DNA of 49,038 bases. It comes from Candidatus Flemingiibacterium sp. Its GTDB lineage: Bacteria > Bacillota > Clostridia > Oscillospirales > CAG-272. The notes under the pieces are model-generated. The model was not told the origin of the DNA. It saw only the letters and a list, made by a program, of their open reading frames with translations, and did not search any database. The DNA is taken from contig JAZNLM010000004.1 in NCBI GenBank assembly GCA_045579105.1, positions 1-49,038 of the forward strand, written 5' to 3'. This document shows, one piece after another, positions 37,289 to 46,739 of this stretch. How positions within the stretch are numbered: the stretch's first letter is position 1; every line of letters begins with the position of its first letter. The position numbers and the translations under genes were made by a program.

Positions 37289-37675
37289 ATGAAGAGTAAC
37301 GAACTTAAAAACGAAATCCTTCGTATCAGCGGTGTTAATGTAAGAAAATGTATGAAGTGCGGAAAGTGCTCGGCATCTTGCCCCGCATATAATGAGATGG
37401 AGTATCATCCTCATCAGTTTGCATCTATGATAGACAACGGCGAGATTGAGCCGCTCCTTGATTCCGATTCACTTTATCGCTGTCTGTCGTGCTTTACATG
37501 TATAGAACGTTGTCCTCGCGGTGTTGAGCCCGCAAAGCTTATTGAAGCGGTACGTCTTACCGCTGTGAGAAAGCAGGGCGCAAACCGTATGAAGGCCGAT
37601 GACGTTCCTTCAATTCTTGACGAAAATATCCCCGGACAGCTGCTTGTCAGTGCGTTCCGTAAATATACGAAATAA
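37289..37675 (+). CDS. hdrC: heterodisulfide reductase subunit C (2x4Fe-4S)
   Basis: CMKCGKCSASCP, CLSCFTCIERCP. Confidence 0.88.
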   Translation: MKSNELKNEILRISGVNVRKCMKCGKCSASCPAYNEMEYHPHQFASMIDNGEIEPLLDSDSLYRCLSCFTCIERCPRGVEPAKLIEAVRLTAVRKQGANRMKADDVPSILDENIPGQLLVSAFRKYTK

Positions 37676-37692
37676 AGAAAGGAGAAGTTACC

Positions 37693-39690
37693 ATGCAGAG
37701 AATAGGCGTATTTGTATGTTGGTGCGGTTCGAATATTGCAGGAACAGTTGATGTTCACGCCGTTGCCGAGGCGCTTAAAACTGAAGTCGGTGTGGTCTTT
37801 TCCACCGATTACCAATATATGTGCTCCCAGGCGGGACAAGATATCATCAAGAATGCCATCGACGAACATAAACTAACCGGTATCGTTGTCTGCTCCTGCT
37901 CACCGCGTATGCACGAGGCAACATTCCGCAAGACCGCGGCTGCCGCAGGTCTTAACCCCTATATGGTGGAGATTGCCAATATCCGTGAGCAGTGTTCTTG
38001 GGTACATAAAGATATGATGACAGGCACTGAGAAGGCAATCATTCTGGGTAAAGCCGCTATCGCAAAGGTTAATCTTAATGCGCCCCTTACCCCCGGGCAG
38101 TCGCCCGTTACCAAGCGTGCGCTCGTTATCGGCGGCGGTATTGCCGGTATACAGACCGCGCTTGATATTGCCGACGCGGGTTTCCCTGTTGACATAGTTG
38201 AAACCAAACCTACCATCGGCGGTAAGATGGCACAGCTTGACAAAACCTTCCCGACGCTCGACTGCGCAGCCTGCATCCTCACTCCTAAAATGGTTGATGC
38301 CGCACAGAATGAGAAGATTAAGATTTACTCCTATAGTGAGGTTGCAGAGGTTACCGGTTACGTCGGCAACTTCGATGTAAAAATCAAGCGCAAGGCTCGC
38401 TATGTTAAGGAAGATATCTGTACCGGATGCGGACTTTGCACCGAAAAATGTCCGCAGAAGAAGGTTCCCAATGAGTTCAACCTCGGTATGGACAACCGCC
38501 GTGCGATATATATTCCGTTCGCGCAGGCAGTACCGAAGGTTGCTACAATCGATGCAAACTACTGCACGATGCTGAAGACCGGCAAATGCGGCGTATGCGC
38601 AAAGGTATGTACCGCAGGCGCTATCGATTATAACGCAAAGGACGAATACATCACCGAGAAATACGGTGCAATCGTCGTTGCGACCGGTTACAATCCCATT
38701 TCGATGGATAAATTCGACGAGTTCGCATACAGTCAGAGCAAGGACGTTATTACATCTCTCGAATTTGAGCGTCTTACAAATGCTGCAGGTCCTACAGCCG
38801 GTAAGCTTCTGCGCCCTTCCGACGGAGTACATCCGCACACTATCGTTTTCGTACAGTGTGTTGGCTCGAGATGCGAAAACTGTGCAGAAAAGGGCAAGGA
38901 ATATTGCTCGAAGATCTGTTGTATGTACACTGCAAAGCACGCAATGCTCACCCGTGACAAATATCCGGATACCGATGTTTATGTATTCTACATTGATGTA
39001 CGTACTCCCGGTAAGGCATTTGACGAGTTCTATCGCCGTGCTGTTGAGGAATATGGCGTACATTACGTCAAGGGTATGGTAGGAAAGGTTGTTCCCGAGG
39101 GCAATAAGCTCAAGGTTCAGGCTTCTGACCTCATAAACGGTAAGCAGCTCCATATCGATGCTGACCTCGTTGTTCTTGCGGCGGCAATTGAGCCTGACAA
39201 GTCGGCCCGTCCGCTCGCTACAATGCTCACCGCATCTATGGATACGAATGATTTCTTCACCGAAGCACATCCCAAGCTTCGTCCTGTAGAATCTCCCACG
39301 GCAGGCGTGTTCCTTTCCGGCGCGTGCCAGGGACCGAAGGATATTCCCGAAACCGTATCTCAGGCAGGTGCGGCGGCAAGTAAGGTAATCGGTCTACTCT
39401 GCAAGGATCATCTGACCGGTAACCCGTGTATAGCTTCGTCGAATGAGATGATGTGTAACGGCTGTTCGAGCTGTGAGCGCGTATGCCCATACGGTGCTAT
39501 CACATACGAGGAAAAGGAATTCAGAATGCCCGATCGTACGACAAGAAGACGTCGTGTTGCATCTGTTAATCCCGCGGTTTGCCAGGGATGCGGTGCTTGT
39601 ACCGTGGCTTGCCCCTCGGGCGCAATGGATCTTAATGGATTTAAAAACAATCAGATCATGGCGGAGGTAGATGCAATATGCAAGATGTAA
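37693..39690 (+). CDS. hdrA: heterodisulfide reductase subunit A (bifurcating flavoprotein)
   Basis: RIGVFVCWCG.NI, NIREQCSWVH, GGGIAG, LDKTFPTLDC, LEFERL, CSKICCMYTAK, GACQGPKDIP. Confidence 0.95.
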   Translation: MQRIGVFVCWCGSNIAGTVDVHAVAEALKTEVGVVFSTDYQYMCSQAGQDIIKNAIDEHKLTGIVVCSCSPRMHEATFRKTAAAAGLNPYMVEIANIREQCSWVHKDMMTGTEKAIILGKAAIAKVNLNAPLTPGQSPVTKRALVIGGGIAGIQTALDIADAGFPVDIVETKPTIGGKMAQLDKTFPTLDCAACILTPKMVDAAQNEKIKIYSYSEVAEVTGYVGNFDVKIKRKARYVKEDICTGCGLCTEKCPQKKVPNEFNLGMDNRRAIYIPFAQAVPKVATIDANYCTMLKTGKCGVCAKVCTAGAIDYNAKDEYITEKYGAIVVATGYNPISMDKFDEFAYSQSKDVITSLEFERLTNAAGPTAGKLLRPSDGVHPHTIVFVQCVGSRCENCAEKGKEYCSKICCMYTAKHAMLTRDKYPDTDVYVFYIDVRTPGKAFDEFYRRAVEEYGVHYVKGMVGKVVPEGNKLKVQASDLINGKQLHIDADLVVLAAAIEPDKSARPLATMLTASMDTNDFFTEAHPKLRPVESPTAGVFLSGACQGPKDIPETVSQAGAAASKVIGLLCKDHLTGNPCIASSNEMMCNGCSSCERVCPYGAITYEEKEFRMPDRTTRRRRVASVNPAVCQGCGACTVACPSGAMDLNGFKNNQIMAEVDAICKM

Positions 39691-40115
39691 AAGAGTTCAA
39701 GCCCCTTATCGTTGCGTTCTGCTGTAATTGGTGTTCGTATGCAGGCGCAGACCTTGCAGGAAGTAATCGCCTTGCTTATCCGGCTGACGTAAAAATCATT
39801 CGCGTACCCTGCTCCTGCAGAGTTAACCCTATGTTTATTCTTCGCGCATTCCAGCGAGGTGCAGATGGCGTAATCCTGTGCGGATGCCATCCCGGTGACT
39901 GCCATTATTCCACCGGTAACTACTACACACGACGCCGTATGTCGATGCTCTTCTCTATGCTCGATTATCTCGGCATTGAACGCGACCGTACCCGTGTTGA
40001 ATGGGTATCCGCGGCAGAAGGTGCAAAGTTTGCGGCTACAATGAACGATTTCGTAGAAAAAGTTACGGCACTTGGCCCGAACAAGAGATTGGAGGATCTG
40101 CGATGCAAACAGTAA
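39678..40115 (+). CDS. flxD: MvhD/FlxD 2Fe-2S subunit
   Basis: AFCCNWCSYAGADLAG, RVPCSCRV, GCHPGDCHY. Confidence 0.9.
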   Translation: MQDVKEFKPLIVAFCCNWCSYAGADLAGSNRLAYPADVKIIRVPCSCRVNPMFILRAFQRGADGVILCGCHPGDCHYSTGNYYTRRRMSMLFSMLDYLGIERDRTRVEWVSAAEGAKFAATMNDFVEKVTALGPNKRLEDLRCKQ

Positions 40116-41101
40116 CAACTAAATCATTATGCGAGCGCGCGGCATCCTTGCTCGGTGACGGCACCGTTGCCGCTGTTCTCGGATGGAAGCGCGGTGAGTT
40201 TGACTACGATATGACTCCCGCTGTATTCACTACAACAGAGGAACTCGCAGACGGCTTTATTTACAACGATTTTTGCGGCGCAAATCTTTCGAAATATCTT
40301 CTTAAGAAAACCCGTGAGATTGAAGGCAAGATTCTCGTATTTTTAAAGCCCTGTGATACATACAGCTTTAATCAGCTCCTTTGCGAGCACCGCTTTGATC
40401 GCGAAAAGGTATACGCCATCGGCATTCCCTGCAACGGTATGGCTGACATTCACCGTATCCGTGAGATCACCGGCGAAGGTATCTCGAAAATCGAGCAGAA
40501 CGGTGATTCACTCCTTGTTCAACCCCTCTACGATGACGAGCCTAAAGCAGTTAAATGTACTGACGTACTCGCGGAGCGCTGTGTGAACTGCAAGTCGAGA
40601 AAGCACGTCGCATACGACGAGCTTATCGGCGACGAAGGCGAAGTGCTTTCCTCCGACCGTTTCGATGAGGTTAAGAAAATCGAAGCTATGAGTGCCGACG
40701 AGCGTTTTGCATTCTGGCAGAACGAGCTTTCGCGCTGCATCCGCTGCAACGCTTGCCGTGATGCTTGTCCTGCGTGCACTTGCGAAAAGTGTGTATTCGA
40801 CAACCCCGACTCCGGCGTTGAGAGCAAGGCCCCCGGTGGAGAATTCGAAGAAAAGCTGTTCCACATCATCCGTGCATATCATGTTGCTGGAAGATGTACC
40901 GACTGCGGTGAATGCTCGCGAGTATGCCCGCAGAATATACCGCTTCACCTTCTCAACCGCAAGTTCATCAAGGATATGAATGCAACTTACGGTGAATATC
41001 AGGCAGGCGCAAGTACAGATCAGCGTGCCCCGCTTGTAAACTTCACACAGGACGATCCCGAACCTTCCGACGTTGTGAAAGGAGGATGCGACCATGCGTA
41101 A
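40103..41101 (+). CDS. flxC: FlxC-like 4Fe-4S protein
   Basis: KPCD, IGIPC, RCIRCNACRDACPACTC, RCTDCGECSRVCP; start ATG 40103 after GGAGG. Confidence 0.8.
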   Translation: MQTVTTKSLCERAASLLGDGTVAAVLGWKRGEFDYDMTPAVFTTTEELADGFIYNDFCGANLSKYLLKKTREIEGKILVFLKPCDTYSFNQLLCEHRFDREKVYAIGIPCNGMADIHRIREITGEGISKIEQNGDSLLVQPLYDDEPKAVKCTDVLAERCVNCKSRKHVAYDELIGDEGEVLSSDRFDEVKKIEAMSADERFAFWQNELSRCIRCNACRDACPACTCEKCVFDNPDSGVESKAPGGEFEEKLFHIIRAYHVAGRCTDCGECSRVCPQNIPLHLLNRKFIKDMNATYGEYQAGASTDQRAPLVNFTQDDPEPSDVVKGGCDHA

Positions 41102-42119
41102 ATGTTCGTTAGCTAATATAGATAAGCTTTTTGAAGCAGCTTCGGCATCTATGTCGCTCTACCTTCCCGCAGAAGAAAAGAACGGCGCCGTTTATACCAA
41201 GTGGCAGCCCGGTGTGGTTTGGAGTAATGTCGGAAACACCGTAAGAGGTCCCAAGGATTTATTCTTCCCCCAGAGTGAAGACCTTATGGCGTTCAAGACA
41301 GAGGGCAAGAAGATCGAGGTTATTGACACAAGAAGCGAAGCCGAGGATTTTGCCATCTTCGGTGTACGTGCGTGTGATATAAAAAGCCTTGAAGTACTCG
41401 ACCGCGTGTTCCTTTCCGAGCCATGCGATAGCTACTATGCTTCCCGCCGCGAGCACGGAACTATTATTTCGCTTGCTTGCAACCGTCCCACAGAAAATTG
41501 CTTCTGCGGTACGTTTGGTATCGACGCTTCCGAGCCTTCGGGCGATGTAAGCACGTGGATCGCCGGTGATGCACTTTACCTTAGTGCAAATACCGAGCGA
41601 GGCGAAGCTTTTATGAAGCTTATTTCAGGTGTCACCGAAGAATGTGACGATACCGCGGTAAACGCGGAGAAGGAAAAAATTCAGAACATTATGAAGCGCC
41701 TTCCCCTTGCTGACCTTAAGGCAGATGCCTTTGGCGGCGGTAAGACTGAAGAATTCTTTAATTCTCCCGAGTGGTCAAAGCTTTCCGAAGCTTGCCTTGG
41801 ATGCGGTACCTGCACCTTTGTTTGCCCCACTTGCCAGTGCTACGATATCCGTGACTACAAGACAAACAGCGGCGTAGTACGCTACCGTTGCTGGGACTCT
41901 TGTATGTACTCGCAGTTCACGAGAATGGCGCACGGTAACAACCGTAATTCGCAGAAGGAACGCTTCCGTCAGCGTTTTATGCACAAGCTTGTATATTTCC
42001 CCGAAAACAACGACGGAGTGTTCTCATGCGTGGGATGCGGAAGATGCCTTGCGAAGTGTCCTATCTCCATGAATATTGTTAAGGTTATGAAAGCATTGGA
42101 GGGTAAAAACAATGGCTGA
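41094..42119 (+). CDS. flxB: FlxB/AsrA-like 4Fe-4S protein
   Basis: GVRACD, CFC, CLGCGTCTFVCPTCQC, WDSC, RQRFMHKL, CVGCGRC..CP. Confidence 0.82.
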   Translation: MRKCSLANIDKLFEAASASMSLYLPAEEKNGAVYTKWQPGVVWSNVGNTVRGPKDLFFPQSEDLMAFKTEGKKIEVIDTRSEAEDFAIFGVRACDIKSLEVLDRVFLSEPCDSYYASRREHGTIISLACNRPTENCFCGTFGIDASEPSGDVSTWIAGDALYLSANTERGEAFMKLISGVTEECDDTAVNAEKEKIQNIMKRLPLADLKADAFGGGKTEEFFNSPEWSKLSEACLGCGTCTFVCPTCQCYDIRDYKTNSGVVRYRCWDSCMYSQFTRMAHGNNRNSQKERFRQRFMHKLVYFPENNDGVFSCVGCGRCLAKCPISMNIVKVMKALEGKNNG

Positions 42120-42945
42120 AATGAATGAAACTTTAATTCCCGTTGTGGGCGTTATCACTGATGTCCGCATAGATACCCCCGACATCAAGACCTTCCGTGT
42201 CGTTACTCCTGACGGTAAAAAGCCGTTTGATCACAGACCGGGACAATGTGCTATGCTGTCTGTTCCCGGTGTCGGCGAAGCGATGTTTTCCATCACCTCT
42301 TCCCCCACAAACACAGAGTATATGGAGTTTTCCATTAAGAAATGCGGATGTGTTACCGAGTGGCTTCACGCCGCAGAAGTAGGTCAGATGATTACCGTCC
42401 GCGGTCCTTACGGTAAACCCTTCCCTGTTGACGACGTATTCGCAGGCCACGATATGCTCTTTATTGCCGGAGGTGTTGGACTCGCTCCGCTTCGCTCGGT
42501 TATAAACTACTGCCGTCACTACCGTGACAGATACGGCCGCATCGATATTGTTTACGGCTCACGTTCAAAGGACGATCTTCTTGATTACAAGGAAATCATA
42601 GAAGAATGGCAGAATGACGAAAACGTTCACGTTCATCTGACGATCGACCGTGAGCAGGAGGGTTGGGACGGACACGTTGGCTTCGTTCCGAACTACGTCA
42701 AGGAGCTTGGATTTGATACTAATAAAATGGCAGTTCTTTGCGGACCTCCGATCATGATTAAATTCACATTAGAAGGGCTTTCTGCTCTCGGCTTTGATAA
42801 GACGCAGGTATATACAACTCTTGAACTTCGTATGAAGTGCGGTGTCGGCAAGTGCGGTCGCTGCAACGTTGGTGCGAAGTATGTATGCAAGGACGGTCCG
42901 GTTTTCCGCTGTGATGAGTTGGATGAGCTTCCGGATGAATATTGA
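42112..42945 (+). CDS. flxA: FlxA/AsrB-like FAD/NAD-binding oxidoreductase with 2Fe-2S
   Basis: PGQ, VRGPYG, AGGVGLAPLRS, CGPPIM, MKCGVGKCGRC, VCKDGPVF. Confidence 0.85.
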   Translation: MAEMNETLIPVVGVITDVRIDTPDIKTFRVVTPDGKKPFDHRPGQCAMLSVPGVGEAMFSITSSPTNTEYMEFSIKKCGCVTEWLHAAEVGQMITVRGPYGKPFPVDDVFAGHDMLFIAGGVGLAPLRSVINYCRHYRDRYGRIDIVYGSRSKDDLLDYKEIIEEWQNDENVHVHLTIDREQEGWDGHVGFVPNYVKELGFDTNKMAVLCGPPIMIKFTLEGLSALGFDKTQVYTTLELRMKCGVGKCGRCNVGAKYVCKDGPVFRCDELDELPDEY

Positions 42946-42966
42946 TAATTAGGAGAATTGAACACT

Positions 42967-43641
42967 ATGGAAAATATGGTGAATATTTACCTCTACGGTA
43001 AAAAATACGAAGTTCCGGCCAGCCTTACCATTATAAACGCCATGGAATACGCAGGATACCAGCTGGTTCGCGGAGTTGGCTGCCGCTGCGGCTTCTGCGG
43101 CGCGTGTGCTACTATATACCGCATAAAGGGACAGCAGGAACTTAAGACTTGCCTTGCTTGCCAGACCAAGGTTGAAGATAATATGTATATTGCAACTCTT
43201 CCCTTCTTCCCGCTTGTAAAGCAGCCCTATGACATTAAGAAGGTAAAGCCCACCGAGCAGATTATGATGCAGCTCTATCCCGAAATTTACGCTTGTATCG
43301 GCTGCAACGCCTGCACTAAGGCCTGCACTCAGGAGCTTAACGTAATGCAGTATATCGCATATGCGCAGAGAGGCGACTTTGAAAAGTGCGCTGAAGAATC
43401 CTTCGACTGTGTAATGTGCGGTGTATGCTCTTCACGTTGCCCCGCAGGTATTACTCATCCGCAGGTAGGTCTTCTCGCAAGACGTCTTAACGGAAAGTAT
43501 CTTGCGCCCGAAACAAAACATCTTCTTGACCGCGTTGCCGAGATCGAAGCCGGTGATTGCGAGGCGGCTCTTCAGGATATTATGAAGAAAACTGCCGAAG
43601 AACTCAAAGAGATGTATAACAACCGCGATTTCGAGAAATAA
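42967..43641 (+). CDS. fumarate reductase Fe-S subunit (2Fe-2S + 2x4Fe-4S)
   Basis: GCRCGFCGAC..CLAC, CIGCNACTKAC, CVMCGVCSSRCP; adjacent to flavoprotein. Confidence 0.8.
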   Translation: MENMVNIYLYGKKYEVPASLTIINAMEYAGYQLVRGVGCRCGFCGACATIYRIKGQQELKTCLACQTKVEDNMYIATLPFFPLVKQPYDIKKVKPTEQIMMQLYPEIYACIGCNACTKACTQELNVMQYIAYAQRGDFEKCAEESFDCVMCGVCSSRCPAGITHPQVGLLARRLNGKYLAPETKHLLDRVAEIEAGDCEAALQDIMKKTAEELKEMYNNRDFEK

Positions 43642-43654
43642 GGAGGGCTGACAA

Positions 43655-45304
43655 ATGTATACTAAAGAAATGCTTGAATCCATCAAAAAGGTGGAAGCAA
43701 CCCGTGATGCGCGTCTTCAGGCGGTACTTGCAGGCAACCATCCCCGCCGTATGACTGCCGAAGAAAAGGATCAGGTCCTTCTCGAAAACCATCCCGATCA
43801 TATTAAGTCCCAGTTTGCAGAGCTTGCTATCGGTCCCAACAAGGGCGAAAAGGTTCCGCTTGAACTCGCTGAAATTCTACAGGCAAATCCCAGAGTTAAT
43901 CCTGCTGATATTGATCTTACCAAAATTGACTACGATGTTGACGTTCTCGTAATCGGCGGCGGCGGAGCAGGTTCTGCGGCAGCTATTATGGCTCACGAAA
44001 ACGGCGCAAACGTAATGATAGTTACCAAGCTCCGTCATGGTGGCGCTAACACTATGATGGCAGAGGGCGGTATTCAGGCGGCTGATAAGCCTAACGACAG
44101 CCCCGCACAGCACTATCTCGACGTTATGGGCGGCGGTCACTTTAAGAACGTTCCCGAGCTTGTTTACAAGCTTGTAAACGATGCTCCCGGATGCATCAAG
44201 TGGCTCAATGACCTTGGTGTAATGTTCGATAAGGAAGCTGACGGTACTATGGTAACCACCCACGGCGGCGGTACGTCCAGAAAGCGTATGCACGCTTGTA
44301 AGGACTACTCCGGTGCGGAGATAATGAGAGTTCTCCGTGACGAGGTTCAGAACAGACAGATTCCCGTCGTTGATTTCACATCGGCTATCGAAATAATCAA
44401 GGACGAAAACGGTAAGGCTGCAGGTGCAGTTCTTATGAACATGGAAACCAAGGAACTGCTTATTGCAAAGGCAAAGACTGTAGTAATCGCAACGGGCGGT
44501 GCGGGCCGCATGCACTACCAAGGCTTCCCGACATCCAACCACTACGGCGCAACCGCAGATGGACTTGTTCTTGCCTACAGAGCAGGCGCTCCTCTGCTTT
44601 ACGCTCACACGCTTCAGTATCACCCCACCGGTGCGGCGTTCCCCTCGCAGATATTTGGTGCACTCGTAACCGAAAAGGTTCGTTCTATCGGTGCACAGCT
44701 TATCAATGCCAACGGTGAAGCATTTATGTATCCGCTTGAAACCCGTGACGTATGCGCATCGAGCGTTATACGCGAGTGCCGCAGAGGCAACGGTGTCGAC
44801 ACCTTCGACGGCGGTCAGGGTATTTGGCTTGACTCTCCGATGATTGACCTTATCCACGGCGAGGGCACTATTGAGAAAAGAATCCCCGCTATGCTTCGCA
44901 TGTACCTCAAGTACGGTATCGATATGCGTAAGCAGCCGATTCTTATTTACCCCACTCTCCACTATCAGAACGGTGGTATCAAGATCGGCGAGAACGGCAT
45001 GTCCGAGGTTGAAAACCTCTTTGTTGCAGGTGAAGCGGTCGGCGGTATTCACGGAGAGAACAGACTCATGGGTAACTCTTTGCTTGATATCATCGTATTC
45101 GGTCGCAACGCAGGAGTTAACGCGGCTACTGCGGCAAAGAAGACTGACGGCACAGCAAAGCTTTCCCTCTCGCACGTTGATGATTTTGTTAAGGAAATGG
45201 CAGATGCAGGCATTAAGACTGATGTTGTTTCTCCGAAGCTTCTCCCTCGTTACACCCACGGAAATCCTGTGTACGATGAGCCCAACGCGAAGCTTATGAA
45301 ATAA
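43655..45304 (+). CDS. frdA: soluble fumarate reductase flavoprotein (FrdA/TfrA-like)
   Basis: GGGGAG, AEGG, ATGG, QYHPTG, TEKVR, TRD, HYQNGG, HGENRLMGNSL. Confidence 0.85.
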   Translation: MYTKEMLESIKKVEATRDARLQAVLAGNHPRRMTAEEKDQVLLENHPDHIKSQFAELAIGPNKGEKVPLELAEILQANPRVNPADIDLTKIDYDVDVLVIGGGGAGSAAAIMAHENGANVMIVTKLRHGGANTMMAEGGIQAADKPNDSPAQHYLDVMGGGHFKNVPELVYKLVNDAPGCIKWLNDLGVMFDKEADGTMVTTHGGGTSRKRMHACKDYSGAEIMRVLRDEVQNRQIPVVDFTSAIEIIKDENGKAAGAVLMNMETKELLIAKAKTVVIATGGAGRMHYQGFPTSNHYGATADGLVLAYRAGAPLLYAHTLQYHPTGAAFPSQIFGALVTEKVRSIGAQLINANGEAFMYPLETRDVCASSVIRECRRGNGVDTFDGGQGIWLDSPMIDLIHGEGTIEKRIPAMLRMYLKYGIDMRKQPILIYPTLHYQNGGIKIGENGMSEVENLFVAGEAVGGIHGENRLMGNSLLDIIVFGRNAGVNAATAAKKTDGTAKLSLSHVDDFVKEMADAGIKTDVVSPKLLPRYTHGNPVYDEPNAKLMK

Positions 45305-45364
45305 TTTCGCACAGTGTACTGTACGAATGCGTTTCTATAGTAACGCCTAAAGAATTAAACAAAC

Positions 45365-45397
45365 ACAAGGCCTTCTCAATATAGGAGAGGGCTTTGT
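45365..45397 (+). terminator. stem-loop after frdA (weak terminator or stability hairpin)
   Basis: acaaggccttctc...gagagggctttgt, poor U-tract. Confidence 0.45.
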
Positions 45398-45475
45398 CAG
45401 GGTTTAAATCTATAAGTGTAAATAATTTTCAGATTATTACAAAAATCAACAGCAAAAATATTTCAGGAGAAAAAA

Positions 45476-46705
45476 ATGAAGATTTTTGAATTTTTTGACG
45501 GAAAATTTAATCTTAATATAAGCGGAATTTCCTTTCTCGTATTTTCCGTACTAGCTATTGCCGCAGTTGGATATTTACTTGGCAGAGTAACTATCAAAGG
45601 TGTTAGCCTTGGTACCGCGGGTGTTTTCCTTATCGCTTTACTCTACGGTTGCCTCTTCTACGGGAATCTTGGAGCACAGACTGCTGAATATACAACAAAC
45701 GCTCTGAAAATAATCGAAAATATCGGTCTTATGCTCTTCGTAACATCGGTAGGATTCATAGCAGGTCCCAAGTTCTTTGGAAATCTTAAAAAGAACTTCA
45801 AGACCTACATCCTCCTCGGCCTTTTGATCATCGTGTCCGGTGCATTGGTATGTGCAGGCTGCATTGCATTTGCGAAAGTTACCATGAAAGATGTTCCCGT
45901 AGAGGAGCTTACGGCTATTATGACCGGTCTCTTCTCAGGCGCACTTACTTCTACCCCCGCCTTTTCTGCGGCTAAAGAGGCTATTGGCAGTGAATACGCA
46001 AGCTACGTAGCCGTTGGAAACGGCATCGCATATATCTTCGGCGTCATCGGAGTTGTTCTCTTTGTTCAGCTTATTCCGAAGTTTGTAAAAGCTGATATGG
46101 CAAAGGAACGTGCGAAGCTCGATGAAAGTGACGGAAACGCTGAAGACCCTGTAGATGCGGCTGTCGCGGAGAAGCTTATAACCATTGATTCCTTCGGAAT
46201 TGCCCCCTTCGCAATTGCCTCTATCATTGGTCTTCTCGTCGGAAGCATCAAAATCGGCGCATTCTCGCTGACCACCACCGGCGGTTATCTTCTTATTTCG
46301 CTTGTATTCGGACACTTCGGACGTATGGGCAAGATAAACCTTATGCCCCCCGCTGCAACTCTTAGGGTTTTCCGTGAGTTCGGACTTATGCTTTTCCTCA
46401 TCGGTGCAGGAATTGCAGGCGGCGCAAAATTTATCGAGTGCTTCCAGCCGGTTTACTTCCTCTATGGTGCACTTATGACTATCATTCCTATGATAGTTGG
46501 TTTCTTATTTGCAAAGTACGTTCTTAAATTAAGCCTTCTTAACAATCTCGGCTCTATCACGGGCGGCATGACTTCCACACCCGCGCTTGGAACCCTTATC
46601 AATGTAGCAGGCACTGAAGACGTTGCAGCGGCTTATGCGGCAACTTATCCTATCGCACTTGTCGCTGTTGTACTGGCCTCGCAATTCCTTATTATGATAT
46701 TTTAA
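45476..46705 (+). CDS. AspT/YidE/YbjL family transporter, probable succinate exporter
   Basis: duplicated domains with GALTSTPAF and GGMTSTPAL, GLMLFV..VG..AGPKF, YAATYP. Confidence 0.85.
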   Translation: MKIFEFFDGKFNLNISGISFLVFSVLAIAAVGYLLGRVTIKGVSLGTAGVFLIALLYGCLFYGNLGAQTAEYTTNALKIIENIGLMLFVTSVGFIAGPKFFGNLKKNFKTYILLGLLIIVSGALVCAGCIAFAKVTMKDVPVEELTAIMTGLFSGALTSTPAFSAAKEAIGSEYASYVAVGNGIAYIFGVIGVVLFVQLIPKFVKADMAKERAKLDESDGNAEDPVDAAVAEKLITIDSFGIAPFAIASIIGLLVGSIKIGAFSLTTTGGYLLISLVFGHFGRMGKINLMPPAATLRVFREFGLMLFLIGAGIAGGAKFIECFQPVYFLYGALMTIIPMIVGFLFAKYVLKLSLLNNLGSITGGMTSTPALGTLINVAGTEDVAAAYAATYPIALVAVVLASQFLIMIF

Positions 46706-46739
46706 ATAGATTTCAAGATTAAACATCAGAGGTATAGTT

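Noticed and set aside
37900-39270. 456-aa antisense ORF
   Set aside because: Shadow of hdrA; codon bias of the sense gene suppresses antisense stops; no recognisable motifs.
36505-42945. Interpreting hdr/asr-like genes as methanogenesis or sulfite reduction
   Set aside because: No mcr, dsr or asrC; context (fumC, frd, mdh, pckG) and bacterial promoters point to fumarate reduction.
43877-45259. 460-aa antisense ORF
   Set aside because: Shadow of frdA, same reason.
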